Below, piece by piece: positions 30,117-39,923 of a stretch of DNA of 64,000 nt (positions are counted from its first letter, which is position 1; each line of letters begins with the position of its first letter). A program made the translations under genes and the position numbers. This DNA comes from a virus (lineage: Duplodnaviria; Caudoviricetes): IMG/VR virus record IMGVR_UViG_2595698683_000001, positions 6,237 through 70,236 of that record; one strand, 5' to 3'. The notes below the pieces were generated by a model. The model made no database searches. It was not told the origin of the DNA and saw only the letters and a program-made list of their open reading frames with translations.

Positions 30117-31252
30117 TGCCGATCTACCAGGGTGCGGCCAACCATCCGGCGTTCAGCAAGTGCTACGTCGGCACGCAGCGGTACCGCAAAATCTACGACG
30201 GCACCAGCCTGGTCTGGTCGGACACCCTGATCCACGATGGGTTCGACTGGGACGGCTGGCTCCAGGGGTGGATCAACGAGCTGTGTGCGGCCGACGACCT
30301 GGGCGAACTGATCAGCGACGGCTACGGCATGATCGTGGACGGGCTGGGCAACGTGGTCGGTTCGACCGTGGCCTACATCCAGGACGGCGTGAACGAGACC
30401 GGCAAGCTGGTGGCCAACGCGGGCACCAGCCTGGTCGACGCCTACTGCGGGGCCTGGGGCGGCAGCGCCCCGCCGGACGGGCTCATCGGCCTGGTCAACG
30501 GCATTCCCATCATCGGCGGCATCCTGGCCGACTGGCTGGCCGGTGACATCGACATCGAAAGCATCATCGGCAGCTTGCCGGTCATCGGCAATATCGCCAA
30601 GCAGATCGGCCTGCTGCCCGACAGCGCCGGGCACCTGCTGGACCCGCTGAACTACGTCATTGACGAGCTGGGCAATGTGGTCGGGACGATCACCTGCGGC
30701 AAGTACACCAACATCGGCGGCGGCATCGGGGAGAACATCTGCTACGTCATCGGCGTGGTGGAGCAGGCGGCGCGCATGTTGGTGCCCGACGGGCTGATGT
30801 CGCTGGACCGGCAGGTCAGCCAGGTGCGGCATCCCACGGTGCTGACCACCGACGACGGCTGGCTGGAAACGCAGATCGCCAACGTGGGCAGCCCCGGCTT
30901 CGCCACGCAGCTGTACCGGCGCTACGCCAACGACGGCAGCGGTGCGCGCGGCGTCGGCATGGACCTGCGCGACAGCATGGTGTCGATCGTGCGCAAGGTC
31001 GGCGGCGTGGAAACGATGGTCGCGCCCAACCTGGCGCGCTTCACCGAGGGCGACGTGCTGCACCTGGACCAGGCGGGCAACGTCCACACGCTGCTGCTCA
31101 ACGGCACCGACGTGGGCGAATGGCCCGATACCGGCGGCACGGCGGCGTCAGGCTCCGCGAACCGCTCGGTGGGGATGATCATGGAAGGTGCCAAGGAGTT
31201 CCTTGGCTCTCGACGGTTCAGCCCGGCGCTGAATTACCTTGACGCTGGCTAG
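30116..31252 (+). CDS. Minor tail/structural protein
   Basis: TGATG coupling; last gene of the + operon. Confidence 0.65.
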   Translation: MPIYQGAANHPAFSKCYVGTQRYRKIYDGTSLVWSDTLIHDGFDWDGWLQGWINELCAADDLGELISDGYGMIVDGLGNVVGSTVAYIQDGVNETGKLVANAGTSLVDAYCGAWGGSAPPDGLIGLVNGIPIIGGILADWLAGDIDIESIIGSLPVIGNIAKQIGLLPDSAGHLLDPLNYVIDELGNVVGTITCGKYTNIGGGIGENICYVIGVVEQAARMLVPDGLMSLDRQVSQVRHPTVLTTDDGWLETQIANVGSPGFATQLYRRYANDGSGARGVGMDLRDSMVSIVRKVGGVETMVAPNLARFTEGDVLHLDQAGNVHTLLLNGTDVGEWPDTGGTAASGSANRSVGMIMEGAKEFLGSRRFSPALNYLDAG

Positions 31253-31432
31253 TTCTCGGTTGTCGCGGTAGCGCAGCCACGACCAGCCCCCGACCAGCGC
31301 CGCGCCTGCGGCGGCGCTGATGCCGGGGTGCGGGTTCGCAGCGAAGAACGACGCGGCAAGCAACAGCACACCTGTTCCACCCATGAGGGCGACAGTAACG
31401 GGTCGGCTGCACCGACGCGCGTGGCGCGTCAT
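31148..31432 (-). CDS. Small membrane protein
   Basis: TAATG-coupled to the HTH gene; 2 TM; 3' end overlaps the convergent gene by about 105 bp. Confidence 0.55.
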   Translation of the reverse strand: MTRHARRCSRPVTVALMGGTGVLLLAASFFAANPHPGISAAAGAALVGGWSWLRYRDNRELASVKVIQRRAEPSRAKELLGTFHDHPHRAVRGA

Positions 31433-31638
31433 TACCGACCGCCCCACCAGCCACGGCCGGGGCGCTCGGCGTGCCAAGCGTCGATGGTCTCCGGCAGCCA
31501 GCCCTTGTGACGGCCCACCTCCACATCATGCGGCGGCAGGTCGATACCGGACAAGCTGCGGACGGACTTCATGCCCAGGCGCTTGGCCACGTCCTGGCGG
31601 CTGAGGTACTTCTGCACCTTGCGTTCGGTGGTGGTCAC
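31432..31638 (-). CDS. HTH DNA-binding protein (AlpA/Xis-like)
   Basis: YLSRQDVAKRLGM...LP..D..VGR.KGWLPETIDAW. Confidence 0.8.
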   Translation of the reverse strand: MTTTERKVQKYLSRQDVAKRLGMKSVRSLSGIDLPPHDVEVGRHKGWLPETIDAWHAERPGRGWWGGR

Positions 31639-32081
31639 CTGACGCTCCTTTCACGGGCTGTGGAGTTCCCCGACATCGTAAGGTCAATACGCGGCAGCTT
31701 GGGGTCACCGGCAACGATGACGGCGGCGCGTCCGGCCACCAGACGCTCCCATTCCCACTGACCGCCCGCCTCCACAGCAATGTTCACGTGGCGGTCGGGG
31801 TCGGCCTCGGCAGCCTCGATCACGCGGGCAACGTGGTCATCGAACTCGTCAACCAGGTTCTCCACGGCGGTGAGCATTCCCGGCGGGCACTTGTCCGCGC
31901 CGCTCTCGATGCGCTGGTAATCGCGCCGGGGCTTGCCCAGCTTGAGCGCCATGCTGCGCTGGTCCAGGCCGATGTAGAGGCGGAAGTTCCTGATCAGCTC
32001 GCCCAGCCCGTAGGTGTGCTCCGTGGGCTGCGGCATGGCCATATCGGCGTCGGTGGTGATCGACGCTACTGACTGATGCAC
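31635..32081 (-). CDS. XRE-family HTH DNA-binding protein
   Basis: IRNFRLYIGLDQRSMALKLG..RRDYQRIESG; GAAAGGA RBS before GTG 32081. Confidence 0.75.
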   Translation of the reverse strand: MHQSVASITTDADMAMPQPTEHTYGLGELIRNFRLYIGLDQRSMALKLGKPRRDYQRIESGADKCPPGMLTAVENLVDEFDDHVARVIEAAEADPDRHVNIAVEAGGQWEWERLVAGRAAVIVAGDPKLPRIDLTMSGNSTARERSVR

Positions 32082-32104
32082 TGGTGTGTCCTTTCGTGGG
32101 GCCA

Positions 32105-32133
32105 GCCCCGGCACCGAGGGGCGGTGCCGGGGC
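32105..32133. terminator. 12-bp intergenic stem-loop
   Basis: GCCCCGGCACCG-N5-CGGTGCCGGGGC. Confidence 0.55.
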
Positions 32134-32151
32134 CGGGTAGGTGGGCGGTGG

Positions 32152-32886
32152 TCACCATCCGGCCTTGGCGGCGCAGACGGGGCCGATGCCGCGTGCGCGG
32201 CTTTCGTCGTTGGTGAGCTGGCGACCGCAGATACCGCACTCGCCAATCTCGTGGCCGTAGCGGGCGCTGGCTGCCTCGGCACCGACGGCGGCGATGCGGA
32301 CCAGGATCGCCCGGCCCTGCTTCATGCTCAGCTTCTGCTCGTCGCTGCCGATGATCTGCTTGACGAACACGTAGCCCGCCCAGCGGCCTGTCTCGGGGCG
32401 GTCGACCTTGTAGAACGCGGTGCCGTTGACGGCGTGCACCTGCGTGTCGATGGCGTAGCGCCCGGCGGGCACCTCGACCGTGGCGTCCTCGTAGCGACGG
32501 TCGTCAATGCGCACGTTGACCTTGGTGGGCAGGCCCTTGAGCCAGCTGATCAGGTTGGTTGCGCCGTGCTTGTAGAGCGGTGCCCAGGCGTAGGCGTGCT
32601 CCCGGCCGATGCCGTCGGCACCGTGGCCCAGAACCTGGTTCAGGCGCTCGCCCAGGGTGGCGGCGGTGGCCACGTCCTCCAGGTTGGCGGCGAAGAACCG
32701 CGCCTCGTCGGTGAGGATGTCAAGCATGGTGGCCAGGGTGGCTACGCGGCTGACGAACTTGTCCTGGCCCTGCACGCTGGACCAGTCGCGGGCGCGGATC
32801 AGGTCTTGGATGAACGACAGCTGGTTCTCGGTGGCCGGGGCGGTGATGGTGCTGGCCGGGGCGGTGGTGGCGAACGGTGAACCCAT
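32152..32886 (-). CDS. DUF6011-type zinc-ribbon protein
   Basis: C-terminal CGICGRQLTNDESRARGIGPVC; AAGGAG RBS. Confidence 0.7.
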   Translation of the reverse strand: MGSPFATTAPASTITAPATENQLSFIQDLIRARDWSSVQGQDKFVSRVATLATMLDILTDEARFFAANLEDVATAATLGERLNQVLGHGADGIGREHAYAWAPLYKHGATNLISWLKGLPTKVNVRIDDRRYEDATVEVPAGRYAIDTQVHAVNGTAFYKVDRPETGRWAGYVFVKQIIGSDEQKLSMKQGRAILVRIAAVGAEAASARYGHEIGECGICGRQLTNDESRARGIGPVCAAKAGW

Positions 32887-32907
32887 GATGTACTCCTTGG
32901 TCGCGGC

Positions 32908-32968
32908 GGCGGGGCTGTCCCGCCTGGCTGATAGGTACACACTAACCCGCCTTAGTCGGGTAAGTCAA
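32908..32968 (-). promoter_or_regulatory. Promoter cassette copy 2, with an adjacent second operator at 32970-32984
   Basis: TTGACT-N18-TAGTGT, core CCTTAGT, hairpin 32908-32924. Confidence 0.85.
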
Positions 32969-33014
32969 CCCCGACATTAACGGGCATGTCACGCGGACGG
33001 TCTACCATCGCCCC

Positions 33015-34736
33015 GTGAGCTTCATTCGGTCGAAATTCGCACCCCGCGCCCTGCTGACCGTCGACCAGTGGATCGCCATTTTCGTCGCGGTGGCCGACGA
33101 ACTCGACATGCCCGACAAGCGCGGCGCGGTGGTCTGCGCGGCGATGTGCGCCTTCCAGGAGGCCGGTGCCGATCTGAACGACGGCAACGGGCGGCAAATT
33201 TGGATCCCCGGCAACATGGCCGACCCCTGCTATGCGGACGATCCTGACGCCTACCCACACGACAGCGAAGGCAATGACGGCCGCAGCACCGGCCCGTTCC
33301 AGCAGCAGATGGGCACGGATTGGGGCTGGGGCGGCGTGCTCGGTGACTGCGCCGGTACCCGCAAGCGCATGGACCCCTGGGACAGCACGCGCATGTTCTT
33401 CGGCTGGCCGGGCAGCGGGCTGCGGGACAAGGGCTACAACGCCAGCAATGCCATGGCCGCTGGTGACAGCATTCAGCGCGTGCAGGGCAGTTCGTTTCCG
33501 CGTGCATACGACCAGTGGTGGGGCCTGGCGAACGCCGCCTATGACCGGTACCTGGGCAACCCGATCCCGGCACCGCCCAGCCCCGGCGGCGGCGGCGGTG
33601 GCCCAGCCCCGGCGCTGGTGCCGAACCCGGCCTGGCGCGGCGACCCGCTGTTTCTGCCGCAGCTGCTGCGGGCCTTCGGCGTCAGCGTGAGCACCTACAC
33701 CGACGCCGACGGCATCCGATGGGACCAGCGTGGGCATGGCGACTTCGGGAAAATCTCGTGGGTGCTGTGGCACCACACCGGCAGCGTCAACGAGACCGAC
33801 GAGGGCATCGCGCATCACCCGGCGCTCGGGCTGGCCGCGAACATGCTCATCCACCCTGACGGGCACGTGGTCCTCACCGGCAGCGGTATTGCCTGGCACG
33901 GCGGCGTCGGCATCTATCCCGGCATCCCAGAGGATGGAATTAACCAGGTCAGCATCGGTATCGAGTGCAGCTACGGGCCAGACCGCGACGGCAACTACAC
34001 GATTCCCTGGCCCACCGCGCAGATGAACGCCATGATCGCCGTGGGCGCGGCCATCAGCTGGTTCCTGGGCGACACGCTGCCCGTCGACCACCAGATCAGT
34101 CACAAGGCGTGGGCCGGTGCGGACAACCCACTCGGCATCAATAAGCAGGGCAAGCCGGACCCCGGCAACCTGGACATGAACTGGTTCCGTGCGCAGATCG
34201 CCGCGCGCATGGCCCTTGGCCCCACAACCGGAGGAGATGACTGGATGGCCGACCCCACCGCGCTGGAACTGCTGCGCGACATTCACCGCGAGACCGTGAC
34301 GCAGAAGTCCCCGAGCCGGTCGTTCATGGCCGAGGACGGCAAGCTCATCGACAGCCCGCTGGGCATCGAGTGGAACACCGACGGCAATGCCTGGACCCTG
34401 GTGTTGACCGAGGCGTACTGGAACGACACCCCGCTGGCCATCACCGTGGTGGAGGACATCGCCGCCAACGGCGTGCGGCAAACCAGCTGGGCGGGCAGCG
34501 CCGACAAGGACAGCGAGGTCAAGTTCAACCAGTGGTTGCGTGACTTCGGGCAGGCGTATTGCCAGGGCCTGGTTCGCCGTAAGGCGCAATGGAACGCGCT
34601 GGTGGATGCCGTGGCTGCCTTGAGCGCTGCGCAGGCGGCAGGGGCCACTACAGCCGTGAAAGCGGCACCACGCAAGCGCGCGCCGCGCAAGAAGGCCCCC
34701 GCCAAGACCGCCGACACATCAGCCGAGGACGCCTGA
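33015..34736 (+). CDS. lysA: Lysin A (endolysin)
   Basis: N-terminal lysozyme-like domain (QE...S.GPFQQ), central amidase-2 (WHHT...AWHGG...SHK...KPDPG), C-terminal domain. Confidence 0.88.
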   Translation: MSFIRSKFAPRALLTVDQWIAIFVAVADELDMPDKRGAVVCAAMCAFQEAGADLNDGNGRQIWIPGNMADPCYADDPDAYPHDSEGNDGRSTGPFQQQMGTDWGWGGVLGDCAGTRKRMDPWDSTRMFFGWPGSGLRDKGYNASNAMAAGDSIQRVQGSSFPRAYDQWWGLANAAYDRYLGNPIPAPPSPGGGGGGPAPALVPNPAWRGDPLFLPQLLRAFGVSVSTYTDADGIRWDQRGHGDFGKISWVLWHHTGSVNETDEGIAHHPALGLAANMLIHPDGHVVLTGSGIAWHGGVGIYPGIPEDGINQVSIGIECSYGPDRDGNYTIPWPTAQMNAMIAVGAAISWFLGDTLPVDHQISHKAWAGADNPLGINKQGKPDPGNLDMNWFRAQIAARMALGPTTGGDDWMADPTALELLRDIHRETVTQKSPSRSFMAEDGKLIDSPLGIEWNTDGNAWTLVLTEAYWNDTPLAITVVEDIAANGVRQTSWAGSADKDSEVKFNQWLRDFGQAYCQGLVRRKAQWNALVDAVAALSAAQAAGATTAVKAAPRKRAPRKKAPAKTADTSAEDA

Positions 34737-36031
34737 TGGCCTGGGCACCGCCGAGTAAGCCCGGCGACACCGACCCGCTGATCGTTCCGGCGAAGGCGTA
34801 CCTGCGCCGGTTCAGCTACGGCAAGGGCCTGGACGACACCCCGATCTACACCGCCGAGTTCGGCCAGGCGCTGATGACGTTCGCGCCCAAGCGCAACGCC
34901 GAAATCGACGCGGGCACCAAGGCGAAGCCCTACGTGAACGTCGGCGGCGTGTTCGACTGGGCGATGAAGAAGCAGCTGGGCCTCCTGGAGCCAGCACCGC
35001 CACCGCCGCCCGGCCCGCGCCACGCCGCGCTGGTGTTCCGTGGTACCGGCGGCGTGATCGGTCTCGACTACGTGAGCCAGGTGTGCCAGGGCGCGGCCGA
35101 CCTGGTGGAGGAGTTCAATCCTGAGTTTCCGGCCAGCATGGGCGGGCTGCCGCCAGGCGCACCGGGCACGCCCAGCGCCCGCGATGCCATCAACATTGGC
35201 TACCGGTCGGGCGTAAACTGGATCCGGCAGAACCCCGACCGCACCATCGTGCTGGGCGGTTACAGCCTGGGCGAAATCGTCGCCGCCATGCTGACAGAAG
35301 CGCTGCTCAAGCCCGGCGGTGAGCTGTACGAACACCGCGACAGGTTCGTCTGCTCGTTCCACATCGGCCCGCCTGCCCGGCCGGAAGGCGCGTCGTTCTA
35401 CGGCGGCACCGCCGCGCCCGGCGTCGGTATCAGCAGCTGGCGCATGGACCCGACCCTGGCCCGTGACCCGCGCAATCTGTGGCTGTGCGACCCCGAGGAC
35501 ATGTACGGGGCCATTCCCGTGCCCGTTCCCGGCGGCACTGGCGACATCATGGAGACCGTGTTCGACCTGGTTACCGAGTCGGCGCTGAACGATCCCCTGG
35601 GCACGCTCCAGGCGATGATTCCGCACCTGCTGGAAATCGCCCAGGACGCGGGCATTTTCGGTCTGATCGGCCTGGGCAACGCAGGCCCGGCCACCTCCGG
35701 CGGGCTGCTCGGTGGCCTGCTGGGCGGTGCCGGTGGGCTGCTGGGGGCGGGCACGGCGCTGCTCAACCCGTTGGCCGTGGTGCCCATGCTGCTGCCGCTG
35801 TTCGTCGGCGTGCTGCCCGGCCTGATCGCCGGTATCGGTGGCGGCGTCGGTGGCAATCTCACCGGCCCGGCAGCGGCGGCGCAGGCGGCGGTCCTGGGGA
35901 TGAAGTTCCTTGTGGCGGGCACCCGGCCGCATATCGAGTACCACCTTCGTGAGGTCTGGCCTGGGCAGACGTATCTGGGCCTGGGCATTCAGCACGTGCG
36001 TGACTGGTCGGCTCGGACGCCAGTCGGGTAA
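34736..36031 (+). CDS. lysB: Lysin B (serine esterase)
   Basis: TGATG-coupled to lysA; GYSLG nucleophile motif, D.Y and C-terminal H..Y. Confidence 0.85.
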   Translation: MAWAPPSKPGDTDPLIVPAKAYLRRFSYGKGLDDTPIYTAEFGQALMTFAPKRNAEIDAGTKAKPYVNVGGVFDWAMKKQLGLLEPAPPPPPGPRHAALVFRGTGGVIGLDYVSQVCQGAADLVEEFNPEFPASMGGLPPGAPGTPSARDAINIGYRSGVNWIRQNPDRTIVLGGYSLGEIVAAMLTEALLKPGGELYEHRDRFVCSFHIGPPARPEGASFYGGTAAPGVGISSWRMDPTLARDPRNLWLCDPEDMYGAIPVPVPGGTGDIMETVFDLVTESALNDPLGTLQAMIPHLLEIAQDAGIFGLIGLGNAGPATSGGLLGGLLGGAGGLLGAGTALLNPLAVVPMLLPLFVGVLPGLIAGIGGGVGGNLTGPAAAAQAAVLGMKFLVAGTRPHIEYHLREVWPGQTYLGLGIQHVRDWSARTPVG

Positions 36032-36070
36032 CCTGCGCACAGCGGCTCTCGTGGTTGTGGGTCCAGCGGG

Positions 36071-36110
36071 CAAGGCCCCGACACCTGGGGAAGGTGCCGG
36101 GGCCTTGTTT
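36071..36110. terminator. Intrinsic terminator between convergent operons
   Basis: CAAGGCCCCG...CGGGGCCTTG followed by TTT. Confidence 0.7.
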
Positions 36111-36121
36111 CGTACGCGGGG

Positions 36122-36736
36122 CTAGCTGGAGATGGACTTGCGCCATTCCTGGTAGAGCGCCTTGTCCTCGTCGGACCCGGCAGCCAGGATGTACGGCGCG
36201 GACTGGTTGGGCTTCTTGTTGCCCTTCACGATCCGGCCCAGCAGCCAGGCGGTGCCCTTGTCCAGCGCCCGCTTACCCTCGCGGACCAGCGCCTTGTTGA
36301 AGATCATCACGTCATCCAGCCGCTCGCCCACCTCGTAGGGCTCGCAGGTCTCGACCTCGCCGTCACGGTTGAGGAAGGCGTACCCCTCGTCCGTGGCCAC
36401 GGTGGTGTTCGCGTTCGGCGTGCCCGGCTCGGGCAGCGTCAGCGGGATGATGTCGGCGCGGATGAACTCCTGCTCCTCGTCCTTCTTGGACACGCTGGTG
36501 CTCATGCTGCCGTGCTCGGTCGGGTGCATGAGGATCAGCTGGCCCAGGAAGAACGCGGGCTTATAGCCGCTGATGCCGGTGGGGTCACTGGCAGCGAACG
36601 GGTCGCCCTTGCCCAGCGTGGTGGTCTCGCCGACGTTGGCCACGTCGTCGGGGCCGGGCAGCGGTGCCTTCTCGGCGGCTGCGGCGGGCTTGGCGGCGGT
36701 GGCGGTGCCACCCTTCTTGTCAAACGGGCTGGGCAT
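36122..36736 (-). CDS. Hypothetical replication-region protein (possibly ssDNA-binding)
   Basis: AAGGAG RBS, biased codons, downstream of the exonuclease; function inferred from position only. Confidence 0.6.
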   Translation of the reverse strand: MPSPFDKKGGTATAAKPAAAAEKAPLPGPDDVANVGETTTLGKGDPFAASDPTGISGYKPAFFLGQLILMHPTEHGSMSTSVSKKDEEQEFIRADIIPLTLPEPGTPNANTTVATDEGYAFLNRDGEVETCEPYEVGERLDDVMIFNKALVREGKRALDKGTAWLLGRIVKGNKKPNQSAPYILAAGSDEDKALYQEWRKSISS

Positions 36737-36768
36737 TTGGTGCTCCTTGGTGTTGGTGTAGTGATGGG

Positions 36769-38118
36769 TTACAGCAGTCCGGCGATGGTCTCGGCGAACT
36801 CCCCCAGGTCGTCATCCCAAACGTCCTGGTAGGTCTCATAGACAGCCTGGCCTTCTTCCAGGCTGGTGATCTCGCTCAGCGCCAGGCGCGCGGTGGCGTA
36901 GCGCACCGCCTCCTTGCTGGGCACGGGTACGGCGTGCTGGGGTACCAGCTTCTCGGCCTCCTTGCGGCGGCGGCGGGTGTCCAGGCTGGCAATCATGGTT
37001 TCCGCACCCCAGGTGAGGTCGATCGTGATGGCGGCGGCGCGCTCGGGCTGGTTGGACGGCACGTGCAGCAGGATGGCGAAGTCGTCGCGGATGGTGGGCA
37101 TGGGCTCCCAGCTCTTGCCGTCGACCGCGAGGATCTTGGTGGCCCAGCCGTACACGCCGCCCACCTGCACGCCGAACGGCAGCCAGCTGTACTCCAGGCT
37201 CTTGCTGGTTTTCACGTCGCCCAGCACCAGCTCCCCGGTGGTGACCAGCTTGAAAATCCGGTCGATCTTGCCAGCCACCGGCTCCTCGCCCCGGTCGTTG
37301 AGCACGGTGCGCTCGACATACTCCGGCAGCGCCACGATGCCCCGGTGGGCCATCACCTTGCGGGCATAGTGCACGTGCGGCCGGACCACCTCGGGCACCT
37401 GGTGCAGCAGCACCAGCCCGCAGTCCAGGGCCTCCAGCCAGGCGTGGGCGCATTCGCCCAGCTCGCGGGCGTCGGCCCCGCCCATGCAATTGTCGATGAT
37501 CTCCAGCACGGCGTCCACGCGGGTGACCTTGGGCTGGTTCATGGCCTCGTCCAGCAGGCCGATGAGGTCGCGGGCGGTGACCTTCTCGGGGCTGCCGTCG
37601 TCGTAGACCACGGTGGCCGGGTCCATGCGCAGCAGCGCCACGATGCGCTTGACCGTCTCGCGGGTGCCCCACTTGTTCAGCCCATAGGTGTCGTCCAGCG
37701 TCTTGGCAACGGTGGTGGCGCGCGGGTAGCCCGTGGGCCTGCCGGTGCTGGGGCTCGGAAGCTGGTACCAGCCCCAGCCGTTGAACTTGCTCTCGGCGCG
37801 CGGCGGGGCAGGCGGGAGCGGGTAGTGCATCCACTGCGTCACGCGCTCCGGCACGATCACCTCACCGTCGGCGTCAATCTCTGTCGGGGCTGTACGGGCC
37901 ATAGCGGGCTTCTCCTTGGTTGGCGGGGTGGTTGTGTCGGCCGGGGCCTGTTCGTGCGTCTGTGCGGCAGCCAGCGGGGCGGGCGCGTCGGCTGCGCGGT
38001 AGTCGGGATGGGCCTGGGCTAGGTCGCTTGTCCACCCGTCCCCGGTCTCGCCCCGGTACCAGGTGGTGCCGTTGGTGTCGGTGCGGGCGGGGTACTGCCG
38101 GGCCATGCTCTGGGTCAT
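36769..38118 (-). CDS. PD-(D/E)xK (RecB/Cas4-like) exonuclease
   Basis: G...H, VE..V, AGKIDR and GDVKTS motifs; ATG 38118 (coupled) or 37902 (strong RBS). Confidence 0.75.
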   Translation of the reverse strand: MTQSMARQYPARTDTNGTTWYRGETGDGWTSDLAQAHPDYRAADAPAPLAAAQTHEQAPADTTTPPTKEKPAMARTAPTEIDADGEVIVPERVTQWMHYPLPPAPPRAESKFNGWGWYQLPSPSTGRPTGYPRATTVAKTLDDTYGLNKWGTRETVKRIVALLRMDPATVVYDDGSPEKVTARDLIGLLDEAMNQPKVTRVDAVLEIIDNCMGGADARELGECAHAWLEALDCGLVLLHQVPEVVRPHVHYARKVMAHRGIVALPEYVERTVLNDRGEEPVAGKIDRIFKLVTTGELVLGDVKTSKSLEYSWLPFGVQVGGVYGWATKILAVDGKSWEPMPTIRDDFAILLHVPSNQPERAAAITIDLTWGAETMIASLDTRRRRKEAEKLVPQHAVPVPSKEAVRYATARLALSEITSLEEGQAVYETYQDVWDDDLGEFAETIAGLL

Positions 38119-39827
38119 CAGGCCAGGCCCCGGTCCAGCACGCGGCTGGTGAGGCGAATGGAAATCTCGTCGGACAACCGCGCCTTGGTCATGTCCTCGC
38201 ACTGCACGATGCCCAGGCTCTTGGCGAACTTGAGCTGCGCTTCGCTGGGCGGCTGGTTGCGCCGCCAGGTGGCTTTCCGTGAGGGCAGCTGCTGGTCCGA
38301 TTCAACGATCCACACCTCCGCGTTCTCCAGCGCGGTGGCCAGGTCGGTGTAGTCGGGGTCGTCGGTGTGGATCGGGTACCGACCGCTGGCGGTGACCCAA
38401 CCGCCCCGCTTGGTACGGATGCCCATCTGGCCGATGGCCCAGCGCACGCTGTCGGCCTGGCCCTTGGGCGGCATCACCCCGTCCTCGGGCCAGACGAACA
38501 CCACCTGGTTGTCCTCCATGAGCGGCAGGAACGGCACGCCGCCCACGGTTTCCATCCACACCAGGTCGCTGCCCGCCAGCAGGTCGATGGACACCATGTC
38601 GACCGGCCCCTGGCGCACCTCCTTGACGGCGGGCTCGCCACCGTCGCCCGGCAGCAGCTCCTCCACCATGGGGTCCAGCTCGTCGCCGTTCTCGTCCACC
38701 TCGCGGGTCTCGGCCCCGGTGTCGAGCGCGGTCAGGCTGACCAGCTTCATGGCGCGCGTGCTGCCCGCCAGGTCGAGCACCAGCGCGTCGTCCTTGTTCG
38801 GGTACAGGCGCAGCGCCCGGCCGACCATCTGGCTGTAGAGATTGCGGCTGCGGGTCGGCCGCGCCAGCACCACCGTGTCGCACATGGGGAAGTCCGCTCC
38901 CTCGGTGAGCACCTGCACCGTGACCAGCGCGCGGGCGGTGCCGTTGCGGAAGTCCTCGTAGATGGGCAGGCGCTCGTCGTACTGCATGGCACCGGTCACG
39001 GCGACGGCCGGGTAGTCGGCGTCGGTGAGCGCGTCTGCGATGTGGTGGGCGGCGTCGACACTGGCCGCGAAGATGATCGGGCGGCGGTCTCCTGCGTGCA
39101 GCTTGATCGCGTCCACGACGTACTGCGTGCACGCCTCCATCACCTCGGCCAGCTCGCCCTGGTGAAAGTCACCGGCCACGCTGCGCACGTCATCGAGCGC
39201 GTCCAGGCCCTTGATGCGCACTGTGAGGCCACGGGGCTGCACCAGGAACCCCTTCTTGATGGCCCAGCGGATGTCCTTCTCGTAGCTGATCTTCTGGATA
39301 ACGTCGCCCAGGCCGATCACGCCGCGCTCATTGCGGTACATGGTGGCGGTGAACCCGGCCATCAGCGCGTCCTCGTAGCCGCCCAGCTCGCTGAACGTGG
39401 TGTGGAACCCCTCGGCTCCGGCGTGGTGCACCTCGTCCCAGAGGATCACGGCGCGCTTGCCCAGGGCCTGGCGGCGGTGGGCAGTGGCCAGCGTCTGGAG
39501 CGTGGCGAACACGATGGGGCAGTGGTGGTCGTCCACCTCGGCGCGCACGATGCCGATGTCCTCGGCGGGGATGGTGGGGTCCACGGCCATGAGGTCGCGG
39601 CGCATCTGGTCGAGCAGTTCGCCCCGATGGGCCAGGGCCACCACGGGCTGGCCTCGGTGGTAAGCGCGGCGGGCAATCTCACCGATGACGCTGGACTTGC
39701 CGGAACCCGTGGGGAGAACGACACCTACACGGTTCTTGCCGCTGGCCCAATCGCGCTCTACGGCGTCTGCTGCGGCGACCTGGTAATCGCGGAGCTGGCG
39801 CGGGGCCGGTGCTGCGGTGGTGGTCAT
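38118..39827 (-). CDS. Superfamily 2 DNA helicase
   Basis: LRDYQ, PTGSGKS, DEVHH, TAT, LTEGADFP, QMVGRALR. Confidence 0.92.
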   Translation of the reverse strand: MTTTAAPAPRQLRDYQVAAADAVERDWASGKNRVGVVLPTGSGKSSVIGEIARRAYHRGQPVVALAHRGELLDQMRRDLMAVDPTIPAEDIGIVRAEVDDHHCPIVFATLQTLATAHRRQALGKRAVILWDEVHHAGAEGFHTTFSELGGYEDALMAGFTATMYRNERGVIGLGDVIQKISYEKDIRWAIKKGFLVQPRGLTVRIKGLDALDDVRSVAGDFHQGELAEVMEACTQYVVDAIKLHAGDRRPIIFAASVDAAHHIADALTDADYPAVAVTGAMQYDERLPIYEDFRNGTARALVTVQVLTEGADFPMCDTVVLARPTRSRNLYSQMVGRALRLYPNKDDALVLDLAGSTRAMKLVSLTALDTGAETREVDENGDELDPMVEELLPGDGGEPAVKEVRQGPVDMVSIDLLAGSDLVWMETVGGVPFLPLMEDNQVVFVWPEDGVMPPKGQADSVRWAIGQMGIRTKRGGWVTASGRYPIHTDDPDYTDLATALENAEVWIVESDQQLPSRKATWRRNQPPSEAQLKFAKSLGIVQCEDMTKARLSDEISIRLTSRVLDRGLA

Positions 39828-39923
39828 GTGTTGGCTTTCGTGTGGTTGTGGTGCTGGTGAAGTGTGGTGTGGTGGTAGTCGCCCGGCCCCACGTGGCAGG
39901 CCATGGGGCCGCGCGACTCACCT

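Noticed and set aside
31432-32081. HTH pair as a lysogeny (repressor/excisionase) module
   Set aside because: No integrase, attP or partition genes seen in the window; both genes are co-oriented under the repeated promoter.
36769-38118. Cas4-like nuclease as evidence of a CRISPR system
   Set aside because: Stand-alone PD-(D/E)xK nuclease in the replication module, common in phages.
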